Source of the DNA: a virus | DNA length: 64,000 nt | Direction: 5' to 3' (one strand) | Virus record (IMG/VR): IMGVR_UViG_3300020183_000013 | Span: 1-64,000 of that record | Part shown: positions 20,704-30,870 of the stretch, piece after piece | Numbering within the stretch: the stretch's first letter is position 1 | Layout of the letters: every line of letters starts with the position of its first letter | Notes under the pieces: model-generated | Database searches by the model: none | Seen by the model: only the letters and a program-made list of their open reading frames with translations | Told to the model about the DNA's origin: nothing | Position numbers and translations under genes: made by a program

Positions 20704-21075
20704 ATGGCGGCACCAAATATTGTAAGTGTTACTTCAATTTATGGAAGATCAGTTGCAGGAGCATTGACAACTTCAACTGTATCTTTGCTATCGAATGCAT
20801 CAAGTTCTGGCAAAGTTTTTAAAATTAATACCATCATTGTTTCTAATGTTGATGGTGCCTCAAGTGCTGACGCAACAATTTCTTTCAATACAGCAGCTGC
20901 AGGAGCAGGAACAAATTATAGAATTGTTTCTACAGTTGCAGTTGCTGCTGATGCAACATTAATTGCTTTAGGAAAAGACAGTCCAATTTATTTGGAAGAA
21001 AATACTTCAATTACCGGATCAGCAAGTGCAAATAGTGACTTAGAATATATTATTTCTTACGAAGAGATTGCATAA
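20704..21075 (+). CDS. Small beta-sandwich fibre adaptor
   Basis: 123 aa, MAAPNIV..IYLEE..ISYEEI; precedes a Gly-rich adhesin. Confidence 0.55.
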   Translation: MAAPNIVSVTSIYGRSVAGALTTSTVSLLSNASSSGKVFKINTIIVSNVDGASSADATISFNTAAAGAGTNYRIVSTVAVAADATLIALGKDSPIYLEENTSITGSASANSDLEYIISYEEIA

Positions 21076-21090
21076 TAGGAGAGTACAATA

Positions 21091-22140
21091 ATGGCATTTG
21101 GATTTGGACAATTTACAAAATTTGGTGTACAAAAAACTGGAGATAATCAAAAGTTCTTAGGAGCAACTCCAGCACCTTTTATTCCAATTCTTCAAGGACC
21201 AGGAGGTACTACTGCCACTCCTGGTAATGGTTATACTTACAGAACTTTTACATCAACAGGTACTCTTACCATTACAAGTCCCGTTACTGTTGATATTCTT
21301 TGTGTTGCTGGCGGTGGAGCAGGTGGTAATATTAATCCTGCCATAGATAATGATGGTGGTGGTGGAGGTGGTGGAGGTGGTGGTGTAGTTCGTGTTGCTG
21401 GATATGCACTGGCAGCAGGAACTTATACTGTTGGTGTAGGTGCGGGTGCTCCTGATCAAAACTCCGATGGCAATCCTTCTTATATTTTAAATCCAGGAGG
21501 ACCAACATTAATCGTTGCAAACGGTGGAGGTTCTGGTGGTATTGCTGGTGTTAGATCTGGAAGATCTGGAGGTTCTGGTGGAGGTGGTGTGAGAAGTGGA
21601 TTCCCCGCTGGCGGAACTGCAACACAACCAACACAACCACAAGGAATACCGGCAACACTTTATGGAAATGGAGGCGGCTCAGCGCCAAGCGGTGGCGGGT
21701 CTGGTGGTGGTGGTGCTGGTGCCGCGGGTGGGGGCCCCGCCCCTGGCGGCAGCGGCGGCGCTGGTGGAAATGGTTTTGATTTTACTCCTTTTGGGTTTTC
21801 TGGTCCTATTATTGGTGTTCCTGCATTAGCACCTACCTCCGGTTTCTTTGCTGGCGGTGGTGGTGGTGGTGGGACACACAGTGGTGGTTATGGTAACGTT
21901 AGTGGAAGAGGAGGTGCAGGTGGTGGTGGTGGTTCCCACCCCACAGGGCCAGGAGCGGCCGGAGGGGCTGCTCTTGATGGTGGTTCTCCTGGCAATCCCA
22001 ACGGCGGAGCTGGAGGAGCAGCAAGGGCAAACACTGGAGGAGGTGGAGGAGGTGCTGGAGGAAGACCACAAGTTGGAACTAATAACTCTGGTGCTGGTGG
22101 TTCCGGAATAGTAGTCGTAAGATACCAAGTCACACCATAA
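21091..22140 (+). CDS. Polyglycine-rich adhesin (gp38-like)
   Basis: Many GGGG tracts, TPGNGYTY.TF head, GSGIVVVRY end. Confidence 0.75.
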   Translation: MAFGFGQFTKFGVQKTGDNQKFLGATPAPFIPILQGPGGTTATPGNGYTYRTFTSTGTLTITSPVTVDILCVAGGGAGGNINPAIDNDGGGGGGGGGGVVRVAGYALAAGTYTVGVGAGAPDQNSDGNPSYILNPGGPTLIVANGGGSGGIAGVRSGRSGGSGGGGVRSGFPAGGTATQPTQPQGIPATLYGNGGGSAPSGGGSGGGGAGAAGGGPAPGGSGGAGGNGFDFTPFGFSGPIIGVPALAPTSGFFAGGGGGGGTHSGGYGNVSGRGGAGGGGGSHPTGPGAAGGAALDGGSPGNPNGGAGGAARANTGGGGGGAGGRPQVGTNNSGAGGSGIVVVRYQVTP

Positions 22141-22154
22141 GGAGGAAATCAATA

Positions 22155-22538
22155 ATGGCACACTTTGCACGTCTAGATGAAAATAACTTTGTAACGGAAG
22201 TTCTTGTTATTGGAAACGAAGATATTCTTGATGAAAATGGTCAGGAAAGTGAAGAGATTGGTATTCAGTTCTGTAAAAACTTGTTTGGACAGAGTACAAA
22301 ATGGGTTCAGACTTCATATAATAAAACTTTCCGTAAGAGATTTGCTGGTATTGGTAAAAAATACATTCCAGAAACTGATATCTTTACAGAAACTAAACTC
22401 CACGATTCTTGGACTTATAATGTGACAACTGATGAGTGGGAACCACCAATTCCAAAACCAGAAGATGGTGAAAACTATACTTGGGAATGGAATGAAGAAA
22501 ATCAAACCTGGACACCATATTACAGAAACCTACAATGA
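22155..22538 (+). CDS. Adhesin-associated protein (MAHFA family), putative chaperone
   Basis: WVQTSYN..FR..FAG..WEPPIP; paralogous to 32705 and 50183. Confidence 0.6.
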   Translation: MAHFARLDENNFVTEVLVIGNEDILDENGQESEEIGIQFCKNLFGQSTKWVQTSYNKTFRKRFAGIGKKYIPETDIFTETKLHDSWTYNVTTDEWEPPIPKPEDGENYTWEWNEENQTWTPYYRNLQ

Positions 22539-23224
22539 ACTTCTATTCTTACAAAGGTCAAGAACCTCAAGGACTTCCCGAACGCATTCGTTTAGATGAT
22601 GGAAGTTCAGTTACTGCTCTCAATGAATTAACTGATGAAGAATTACATTCTTATGGGTTTATTGGTCCTGTTACTAAACCATTGTTTGATGCTGAAACTC
22701 AGAAGTTAGTATGGAATGGTCTTGAATATGATATTGTAGATTTAACTGAACAAGAACTTTCTATTATTAAATATGATGCAGAAGAGAATATTCGCACAAG
22801 ATTTAAAATATCAGAGTTCTGGAATGAATTTAAAAGAACTTCATTCTCCCAAAGACTAAGAAAAGAAGCAGCAACTAGATTTGAGATTAATGTTCTTTAT
22901 TCTGAGTTTTTAAGTTTATCGCAAATGTACTCTGATATCAACAATTATATTGACAAGTTCTTTTTAACTATAGATTTTACTGGACAAGAAATATTATCAA
23001 TCTCCAAGGTTCTAGAATTATATCATTTAAGACCAGTTCCTAGTGAAGAATATCTTACAAATCACATTTATGACTTTGATACTGATTCTATTTTAGGGTT
23101 TAAAACCCGTTCATTTTCTTCTTGGGTTTGGAATGGAACTAAATGGGTTGCACCAGTTCCTTATCCTAATGATGGTGATGTTTATGTTTGGGACGAAAAT
23201 AATAAAGAGTGGAAAAAGATTTGA
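22535..23224 (+). CDS. Tail-assembly-like protein
   Basis: SW.WNG..W.APVPYP..Y.WDE C-terminus shared with the MAHFA family. Confidence 0.5.
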   Translation: MNFYSYKGQEPQGLPERIRLDDGSSVTALNELTDEELHSYGFIGPVTKPLFDAETQKLVWNGLEYDIVDLTEQELSIIKYDAEENIRTRFKISEFWNEFKRTSFSQRLRKEAATRFEINVLYSEFLSLSQMYSDINNYIDKFFLTIDFTGQEILSISKVLELYHLRPVPSEEYLTNHIYDFDTDSILGFKTRSFSSWVWNGTKWVAPVPYPNDGDVYVWDENNKEWKKI

Positions 23225-23249
23225 CATAAAACCTTAAGTAATATATAAT
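23221..23249 (+). promoter_or_regulatory. Perfect sigma70 promoter
   Basis: TTGACA-17 nt-TATAAT. Confidence 0.85.
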
Positions 23250-23279
23250 ATCGTTGAATAGATTATAAGGAGATGACCT

Positions 23280-23915
23280 TTGGCCTATCAGTCAATTTGG
23301 TACTTCACAGACCTTCCAGAAAAAGTTATTGACTTAATTGAAGAAGACCTTGCAGAAACTTTTGATCCACAACTCCAAGATTCAAGAGTTGGTGGTGGTG
23401 ATTTTGGAACTGTAGATAAAGATAAAAGAAACGCAAAGAATGCCTGGGTTCCTACAACTCATTGGGTTTCTGGTTTCGTATGGCACTATGTTCAACGTGC
23501 AAACCGTGAGAACTTTCTGTATGACCTAACAAATATTGATGGCGAAAGTCTTCAATATACTGTATATGGAGAAGGTGAATATTATGGTTGGCACAATGAC
23601 TCTGGACTTGCAACACATTACAAACCAGTATCACAGGGAAATCGTGGCCACGGTGCAGAACAGTTTCAAGACTTTGTAAATGAAAACTGCGAGAAAGTAA
23701 GAAAGTTATCTTTCAGTTTGCTTCTTTCTGATCCTGATACTTATGAAGGTGGTAACTTACAATTCCTTGATGAGGCAGGTGGTTCTTATTTTGCTCCGAG
23801 AAAGCGTGGAACCATTATTCTGTTTGACTCACGAGCACAACACAGAGTTCAGAAAGTAACTAAAGGTATTCGTAAGAGTATCGTTGGATGGTGTGTGGGA
23901 AACCGGTGGCGTTGA
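23280..23915 (+). CDS. 2OG-Fe(II) oxygenase (PKHD/prolyl 4-hydroxylase-like)
   Basis: YGWHND, RKLS, YEGG.L, HRV..V.KG.R.S.V.W; TTG start with AAGGAG RBS. Confidence 0.9.
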   Translation: MAYQSIWYFTDLPEKVIDLIEEDLAETFDPQLQDSRVGGGDFGTVDKDKRNAKNAWVPTTHWVSGFVWHYVQRANRENFLYDLTNIDGESLQYTVYGEGEYYGWHNDSGLATHYKPVSQGNRGHGAEQFQDFVNENCEKVRKLSFSLLLSDPDTYEGGNLQFLDEAGGSYFAPRKRGTIILFDSRAQHRVQKVTKGIRKSIVGWCVGNRWR

Positions 23916-23935
23916 ATCACGATGGAGGTAATAAA

Positions 23936-24649
23936 ATGGAAGGAATGACACAAGAGCAAATTGATTTTCAAGAAAGAGTCAATGCAGGAACTTCACCAAC
24001 AGGTAATGAACAATTTGACCGTGATGGTTATTTGGTCCTAAGAACTCTATGGGATCCACAAGACCTTTATTGTGAACCACCAGAAGTCAAAGGTCAGTAT
24101 AATTATTATGGTAAGATTGAAAAATTCAGTCATATACCAGTAGAAAATCAAGTAGAAGGTTCTACTTCCAGATACTATTGGCCTCCTTATAAGTATGCAC
24201 ACTCACAGATTCGTATGAAACTTGAGCAAGCAATTGGTAAGAGACTTTATAATACCTACTATTACGATAGGTTTTATAATCCAGGACAGGCACTTTCAAA
24301 TCACGCAGACCGTCCTGCTTGTGAAATCTCAGTGACTATTCACGTCGGTAGTAATATAAACAATCCTTGGCCTATTTGGATTAAGACACCAGATACTTAT
24401 AGTGATGATAAGAAAACTGAAATCATCAAGAAAGGTGAAAATCGTTCAGTGATTCTTGGTCCTGGTGATGGTATGATTTACAAAGGTTGTGAAAGACCTC
24501 ATTGGAGAGAGCCACTTCCAAGAGAATACAAAAGAACTTGGTATGGAGCAAAAGTGGAAAAAGAAGGATTATATTATCATCAAATCTTCTTTCATTATGT
24601 TCTTGCCGATGGTCAAAGGTCACACTTTGCCAATGACAGAGGTAACTAA
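23936..24649 (+). CDS. 2OG-Fe(II) oxygenase-like protein
   Basis: HADRPACEISVT, PGDG..Y.G...HWR, QIFFHYV; GGAGG RBS before ATG 23936. Confidence 0.8.
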   Translation: MEGMTQEQIDFQERVNAGTSPTGNEQFDRDGYLVLRTLWDPQDLYCEPPEVKGQYNYYGKIEKFSHIPVENQVEGSTSRYYWPPYKYAHSQIRMKLEQAIGKRLYNTYYYDRFYNPGQALSNHADRPACEISVTIHVGSNINNPWPIWIKTPDTYSDDKKTEIIKKGENRSVILGPGDGMIYKGCERPHWREPLPREYKRTWYGAKVEKEGLYYHQIFFHYVLADGQRSHFANDRGN

Positions 24650-24675
24650 ATAAGACACTGAAGTACATAAAAACT

Positions 24676-24876
24676 ATGAACGAACAACAAGGACATCTAG
24701 CAAATCTTCTGGAACAACAGAAGACTCTCATTCAAGAAATTCAAGAACTTGATAGAGCGATTGTTTCAAAACGAGAAATGGCTCTTAAGATTCAAGGAGC
24801 ATTAGAATATCTCCAACAAGTTGGTGTTACACTTCCAGAACCAGAAAAAGAAGAAGTAGAAGAAACAGAAGAATGA
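24676..24876 (+). CDS. Small coiled-coil protein
   Basis: Heptad-rich 66 aa; TAAATA at 24647. Confidence 0.6.
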   Translation: MNEQQGHLANLLEQQKTLIQEIQELDRAIVSKREMALKIQGALEYLQQVGVTLPEPEKEEVEETEE

Positions 24877-24880
24877 TATG

Positions 24881-24907
24881 AAACTCCACCAATGCGTGGA
24901 GTTTTTT
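24881..24907 (+). terminator. Rho-independent terminator
   Basis: AAACTCCAC-CAATGC-GTGGAGTTT followed by TTT. Confidence 0.7.
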
Positions 24908-24930
24908 CATAAATACCTAAAAACATCAGA

Positions 24931-25560
24931 ATGTCAAGAGCAAGAAACCTGTCCGATGTTGGTGGAATATCTTACATCACAGCAACAGGCAATAAAGTTG
25001 GTATAGGTTCTACGATTCCTCAGTATACATTAGATGTAAATGGGGATGTAAGTTTTAGTGGAACCTTATATCAAGGGGGTTCTGCATTTTCGAGTGGTGT
25101 TGGTATCCAATCAGCAGGAACTGTCATTGGAACTGGTATTACCACATTAAACTTCATTGGACTTGGTAATACTTTTGCTATTAATGGTAATGTAGTTGAT
25201 ATTAGTATTACTGGTGGTGGTGATGCATCTTATGCTTCTACTGCTGGTATTGCAACTCTTGCACAAGGACTTACTGGTATTCCTGACATTGAAGTTAATA
25301 ATGTTGTAGGTGCTGCTGCAACTTTTAGTGGTCTTGTAGGAATCAATACAGCATCAGTCACTGGTACTGCATCATCTGAAGGGGCTCTTCAAGTTGTTGG
25401 AACTATCTCAATCAGTGATGGTGTTTACATGATGGATGCAGATATTAATGCAAACGTTACTGTACCTGCAGGAAAGAATGCACTGATGATTGGACCGATT
25501 ACTGTTGGAACTGGATACACAGTAACGGTTCAAAGTGGTTCTACACTGGTTGTAGTCTAA
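24931..25560 (+). CDS. Fibre adaptor protein
   Basis: MSRARNLS start; C-terminal ALMIGPITV..TVQSGSTLVVV domain; paralog of 33171. Confidence 0.6.
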   Translation: MSRARNLSDVGGISYITATGNKVGIGSTIPQYTLDVNGDVSFSGTLYQGGSAFSSGVGIQSAGTVIGTGITTLNFIGLGNTFAINGNVVDISITGGGDASYASTAGIATLAQGLTGIPDIEVNNVVGAAATFSGLVGINTASVTGTASSEGALQVVGTISISDGVYMMDADINANVTVPAGKNALMIGPITVGTGYTVTVQSGSTLVVV

Positions 25561-25581
25561 ATACTCAAAAAGTAATAAGAA

Positions 25582-26775
25582 ATGCCGATAAGATTAGACG
25601 GTTCTACTGGTATTACAGTTGGTACAGCAGTTACTATTGGTACAAGTGATATTAAGGTAGGTAATAACGTAGATATTGATACTACAAGTATTGTTGGTGT
25701 AAGTACTATTGGTGTTACGACTGCTTATGTAACTAGTATTAATGATGGTCAATTAGGTGGTTCTCGTAATGTCATCATCAACGGTTCTATGGTGGTCAAT
25801 CAGAGAGGATTTACTGGAACTGCTGGAACCACAACTAGTGGTGCTTATACGACTGATAGATTTGCAATAGGGCACAGTATGGATGGTGCTGTGTCTGCAG
25901 GTCAGACCACAATGAACTCCACTGTCGGTGGTAATGCTTATGCCGATGGATTTAGTAGTGCTCTTCATTACAGAGTCACCACTGCAGATGCATCATTAGC
26001 AGCAGGTCAATATGCGCTCATAACTCAACTCATAGAAGGTTTTAATGTTCAGGGATTTAAAAAAGGAACTGCAAATGCTCAACAATTTACACTATCCTTC
26101 TGGGTTCGTTCGAGTCTAACAGGAACTTATATTGCTGAACTTTATGATAATGATAATAATCGTCAGGTATCAAAATCTTATACAATTGATACCGCAAACA
26201 CCTGGGAAAAGAAGACATTAACATATCCTGCTGATACAACTGGTGTTTTTGATAATGATAATGGTGCTTCGCTTTATGTTGCTTGGTTTTTAGCAGCAGG
26301 TTCTACTTATTCTGGAGGAACACTAGGCACCACCTGGCATACTACATCCGCAAACAGAGCAGTCGGGCAAGTGAACTTTTTAGCAACTGCTGGTAATAAC
26401 TTCTTCCTGACTGGTGTTCAGTTAGAGGTTGGGCCTACTGCGACTGAGTTTGAGAGACGAAGTTTTGGAGATGAGTTGCGATTGTGTCAGAGGTATTATC
26501 AAACCAATTTTTCTTCTCAAGGTGCAATGAACGAACTAAATAATGCCTTTGTCGCACCAGTTGGATTTAGGCATCCATTGAGAACTGTTCCAAATGTAAG
26601 TTTAATAAATGGAACACAAAAAATACACCGACCAGCACTTGCTTTTTACAATATTACTTCTATCACTGAAGTAGTTTCTAATTCGTATGTGACTCTTACA
26701 ATATCAAATAACTATGGGGCAAATCTTGCAGGACAACTAATGCCAGATGCAATTGCTTATTCTGCAGAACTATAA
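25582..26775 (+). CDS. Receptor-binding fibre with carbohydrate-binding-like domain
   Basis: RNVIING.M.V.QRG..DRF..TLSFWV..VQLEVG..FERRS..EL.LCQRYY. Confidence 0.7.
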   Translation: MPIRLDGSTGITVGTAVTIGTSDIKVGNNVDIDTTSIVGVSTIGVTTAYVTSINDGQLGGSRNVIINGSMVVNQRGFTGTAGTTTSGAYTTDRFAIGHSMDGAVSAGQTTMNSTVGGNAYADGFSSALHYRVTTADASLAAGQYALITQLIEGFNVQGFKKGTANAQQFTLSFWVRSSLTGTYIAELYDNDNNRQVSKSYTIDTANTWEKKTLTYPADTTGVFDNDNGASLYVAWFLAAGSTYSGGTLGTTWHTTSANRAVGQVNFLATAGNNFFLTGVQLEVGPTATEFERRSFGDELRLCQRYYQTNFSSQGAMNELNNAFVAPVGFRHPLRTVPNVSLINGTQKIHRPALAFYNITSITEVVSNSYVTLTISNNYGANLAGQLMPDAIAYSAEL

Positions 26776-26812
26776 TGCTTATCATAAATACCTAAAAAGT
26801 AACTGAAATAAA

Positions 26813-28153
26813 GTGTCTAAATTACGTCTTAACGGTACTTCAAGTGGATATGTAGAAATCCAAGCAGCGGCAACGGCGGCAAATAATACAATCACTTTAC
26901 CATCAACAACTGGAAGTATTATTGTTCAGAGCACTACTGGTATTACAAGTTTTGCAAATGCTCCTGTAGTGATTGGTTCAGGTACTTCTACTGGTACTGC
27001 AAATCAGACATTACAGGTGACTGGTGGTGCTTATGTTAGTGGAAATCTTGGTGTAGGTCTTACAAATCCAGATTCCGAATTTAAATTAGATGTTGCCGGA
27101 AAAGCAAGATTTACTGATTATGGAAGTAATAGTGTTATTGAACTTGGAAGAGGTCAAACAACAAATGCATATGCATATATTGATTTTGTAGGAGATACTA
27201 CATATACAGATTATGGTTTAAGAATTATTAGAGATAACACTGGGGCAAATGCATTATCTAGATTAGCACATAGAGGAACTGGGGAACTTAGTTTACTTAC
27301 ATCAGAAGCAGCACCTATTACTTTTTATACTTCAAATTCTGAAAGAGCACGTATAGATGTAAGTGGTAACTTCGGTATTGGTGGTGCATCAGCAGGGCAA
27401 AAGTTTTTTGTCTATCAAACAAGCAATTCTAGAACGGCGGCTTTCCACGCAGATAGTGCCTCTTATCCAGAACTAATTGTTTTTTCACAAGCAAACAGAA
27501 GTGCATCTACTGCTTTCCATTATTTCTTCGCATTTAATGCAAGTACAGCAGATACTGAATTTAGAGTTGATGGTGCTGGAACTGTCTTTGGTGATAACAA
27601 CTATGTTACTGGTGCTGACTATGCTGAAATGTTCGAATGGGCAGATGGCAACCCTAATAATGAAGATAGGGTAGGTTATACTGTATCTCTCGTAGGAAAT
27701 AAGATTAAGATTGCTGAAGAAGGCGAAAATATTATTGGTGTAGTTTCTGGCAATCCTTCTGTTCTTGGTGATACTGCCTGGAACAAATGGTCACAAAAGT
27801 ATCTAAGGGATGATTTTAATCGGTATATTTACGAAGAACATAATGTCATAGAGTGGACTAATGAAGATGGTAAAGAACATTCTTATGAGGACTGGAACTT
27901 ACCTAATGATATTGTAGTTCCAGAAAATGCTTTAATAAAGACTCACGATGATAATGGTGTTCGTTTTACTCATCGAAAGTTAAATCCAGAATACAATCCA
28001 GACCAAGAATATATTTCAAGAGAGCAAAGACCTGAATGGGATGCTGTTGGTATGATGGGCAAACTTAGAGTTCGTAAAGGTCAACTTATAAAGTCAACTT
28101 GGGTTAAGATGCAGGATATTAGTGCAACTGTTGAAGAATGGTTGGTCAGATAA
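26813..28153 (+). CDS. Receptor-binding fibre with C-terminal peptidase G2-type autocleaving chaperone
   Basis: ADYAEMFEW..IGVVS..EWDAVGMMGKL. Confidence 0.8.
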   Translation: MSKLRLNGTSSGYVEIQAAATAANNTITLPSTTGSIIVQSTTGITSFANAPVVIGSGTSTGTANQTLQVTGGAYVSGNLGVGLTNPDSEFKLDVAGKARFTDYGSNSVIELGRGQTTNAYAYIDFVGDTTYTDYGLRIIRDNTGANALSRLAHRGTGELSLLTSEAAPITFYTSNSERARIDVSGNFGIGGASAGQKFFVYQTSNSRTAAFHADSASYPELIVFSQANRSASTAFHYFFAFNASTADTEFRVDGAGTVFGDNNYVTGADYAEMFEWADGNPNNEDRVGYTVSLVGNKIKIAEEGENIIGVVSGNPSVLGDTAWNKWSQKYLRDDFNRYIYEEHNVIEWTNEDGKEHSYEDWNLPNDIVVPENALIKTHDDNGVRFTHRKLNPEYNPDQEYISREQRPEWDAVGMMGKLRVRKGQLIKSTWVKMQDISATVEEWLVR

Positions 28154-28177
28154 ATACCTAAAAAATAAGAGATAATC

Positions 28178-29965
28178 GTGAGTACTTTAAAGACAATTAA
28201 ACTTCAAAATCCATCAGGTACAAGTTCTAACATTGATTTAGGAACTGGTGGAGAAGTTCTGATTGGAAGTGCATCAACCACAGGAACCGCAAGTCAGACA
28301 TTACAAGTGACTGGTGGTGCTTATGTGAGTGGTAGTATTGGTATAGGAACCACAAATCCAGCATATACACTTGATGTATTTGGAGTTTTTCGTACAGGAG
28401 GACTTGCTGGAGATGCATACCTTGCACTTTATGCAGACAATTCTGGTAATACTTTTTCAATTGAATCTGCAAATAAAGCAAATACTGTTAAAAAAGATAT
28501 AACATTAAATGCTTATGGTGGTAATACTCTTGTAGGTACATCAGCAGCAACAGGAACTTCCAATCAAAAACTTCAAGTAGGTGGTGGTGCTTATGTGAGT
28601 GGTAGTTTGGGTGTTGGAGTTACTAATCCTTCATATAAAACTCATATTGTTAGTTCTGGAGATATTCTTGCCCTTGAATCTACTACAAATACTGACCGAA
28701 CAACTTTAAAATTCCTAACAAATGGAAGTGATTGGGAAGTTGGTGCAAGAGGTTCGGCAGAAACTATTTCACCTAATAGTTTTTATCTTTTTGATAATGG
28801 AACGAATTATTTCAGGATGGTTCTTAATTCTTCAGGTAATATTGGTATTGGTTCAATTTCATCCGTAAATATAAAGGGAGGTCTAAATTTAGATAAATCT
28901 TCAAGTGCAGGAACAGTCGCAGCAGTACCAAGTATTGTTTTTTCGAATAGAAATCAAACAGATGCTATTTTTGTACATTCGGGAATATTTGCAGATTGTT
29001 ATAGAGACGTTGCAAATCCTTCTTATGCTGCCGGTATTTGGTTCCAAAGAGTTCCTGAGATTAACAATCTTAGTAGTGGGGCAAATATAATTTTTGGTGC
29101 CACTTTTAATTCAAATGAAAACTCCTTGCCAACAGAGAAAGCAAGAATTACATATGGTGGATATTTCAAAGCATCAAATATTGGAGGTTATCAAGATACA
29201 GCAGGTGCTTTTCATGAGTTTTATCAAACTCAAAACGATAACACGATGTGGTTAAGGTCTACAAATGCAAGTCTTGCCACAAGAGTTATAGCAGCAAATG
29301 TAGACCGTGCTGCAAATATTGCATATTCGTTTTTTGTTGGTTGGTCGGGAAATCTTGGAGACGTGGAGTTCAACCTTCGTGGTGATGGTCAAGCATATGC
29401 AGACGGCTCTTGGAACGGCGGTGGCGCTGACTATGCAGAAATGTTCGAATGGGCAGATGGAAACGCCAACAATGAGGACCGTGTAGGTTATACAGTATCC
29501 TTAGTTGGAAATAAGATTAAGATTGCTGAAGAAGGTGAAGATATCATCGGAGTAATCTCAGGTAATCCATCAGTCGTTGGTGATACTTCTTGGAATAAGT
29601 GGGCAGAGAAATACTTAAAAGATTCATTCAATCGTTATATCTTCGAAGAACATAATGTTGTAGAGTGGACTGATGAAGATGGTAAAGAGCATTCTTATGA
29701 GGACTGGAACTTACCAGAAGACATTACAGTTCCTACTGAGACAACAATTAAAACTCACGATGACAAAGGTAATCGTTTCACTCATCGTAAGTTAAATCCA
29801 GAATACGATCCGGACCAAGAATATGTTTCAAGAGAAGATAGGCAAGAATGGGATGCTGTAGGTCTTGTTGGAAAACTTAGAGTTCGTAAAGGTCAAGTCA
29901 TCGGAAATCGTTGGATTAAGATGCAAGACATTGATGAAAATGTAGAGGAGTGGTTAGTCAGATAA
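28178..29965 (+). CDS. Receptor-binding fibre with C-terminal peptidase G2-type autocleaving chaperone
   Basis: C-terminal domain closely similar to that of 26813. Confidence 0.8.
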   Translation: MSTLKTIKLQNPSGTSSNIDLGTGGEVLIGSASTTGTASQTLQVTGGAYVSGSIGIGTTNPAYTLDVFGVFRTGGLAGDAYLALYADNSGNTFSIESANKANTVKKDITLNAYGGNTLVGTSAATGTSNQKLQVGGGAYVSGSLGVGVTNPSYKTHIVSSGDILALESTTNTDRTTLKFLTNGSDWEVGARGSAETISPNSFYLFDNGTNYFRMVLNSSGNIGIGSISSVNIKGGLNLDKSSSAGTVAAVPSIVFSNRNQTDAIFVHSGIFADCYRDVANPSYAAGIWFQRVPEINNLSSGANIIFGATFNSNENSLPTEKARITYGGYFKASNIGGYQDTAGAFHEFYQTQNDNTMWLRSTNASLATRVIAANVDRAANIAYSFFVGWSGNLGDVEFNLRGDGQAYADGSWNGGGADYAEMFEWADGNANNEDRVGYTVSLVGNKIKIAEEGEDIIGVISGNPSVVGDTSWNKWAEKYLKDSFNRYIFEEHNVVEWTDEDGKEHSYEDWNLPEDITVPTETTIKTHDDKGNRFTHRKLNPEYDPDQEYVSREDRQEWDAVGLVGKLRVRKGQVIGNRWIKMQDIDENVEEWLVR

Positions 29966-29986
29966 ATACCTAAAAACTAAGATATA

Positions 29987-30850
29987 ATGTCTCTTACAAA
30001 GTTACAATCACAATCAGTTGATACTAATATCACAGTTGCTGGTGTTGTAACTGCTACTGCCTTTTATGGAGACGGAAGTAACCTAACAGGATTACCACAA
30101 TCTGGTATTGGTATTGGAACCACTGGTGGTGTTGTTGGTTATGGTGTTACTTTTATTGACCTAAAAGGTGCTGGGGTTTCTACAACTTTTTATGATTCTA
30201 ATGTTGGTATCGTAACCATCTTCTTTGAAGGAGGCGGAGGAAGTTCTGGTGCAATTGGAATTGGAACACAGTTTCCTGCATCTCCATCAAATGGTGATTT
30301 GTTCTATCATATTGATTATGCAAGAACCTTTGTTTACTATAATGAGGTTACTTTAGGTATTGGTTCAACTGCAGTATGGGTTGACTCTGCACCATTTAAT
30401 GAAGGTGGTGGATTAGTTGCTGCTAAGAATGAAACAGCATTTACAGCAACTGCAGGACAGACAACATTTACCACTCCTTATACTGTTGGATTTATCGATG
30501 TATATCTTAATGGTGTCAGATTAAGTCCAACGGAATTTACAGCTACTAGTGGAACTTCCGTTGTATTAACTGAAGCAGCATCACTAGGAGACATCATTGA
30601 TATTGTTGAATACACGATGGGTAGAGGTGTTGCTGGTGATGATAGATGGAGTTATACTATTGTAGGTATTCATACACTTTCTAATGTTGGTATTGGAACC
30701 ACAAATCCAACATCAAAACTTACAGTTACTGGAGATGTAAAAGTAACTGGAATAGTCACTGCAAGTTCTTTCAGTGGTTCTGGAGCAAATCTAACGAATC
30801 TAAATATACCTACGGGGTTTAATGAACTCGATGCTGCATTATTTTCCTAA
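29987..30850 (+). CDS. Fibre branching/connector protein
   Basis: P.SP.NGDLFY..WVD module plus IDVYLNGV module. Confidence 0.55.
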   Translation: MSLTKLQSQSVDTNITVAGVVTATAFYGDGSNLTGLPQSGIGIGTTGGVVGYGVTFIDLKGAGVSTTFYDSNVGIVTIFFEGGGGSSGAIGIGTQFPASPSNGDLFYHIDYARTFVYYNEVTLGIGSTAVWVDSAPFNEGGGLVAAKNETAFTATAGQTTFTTPYTVGFIDVYLNGVRLSPTEFTATSGTSVVLTEAASLGDIIDIVEYTMGRGVAGDDRWSYTIVGIHTLSNVGIGTTNPTSKLTVTGDVKVTGIVTASSFSGSGANLTNLNIPTGFNELDAALFS

Positions 30851-30870
30851 ATAACTTAAAAAGCAATAAG

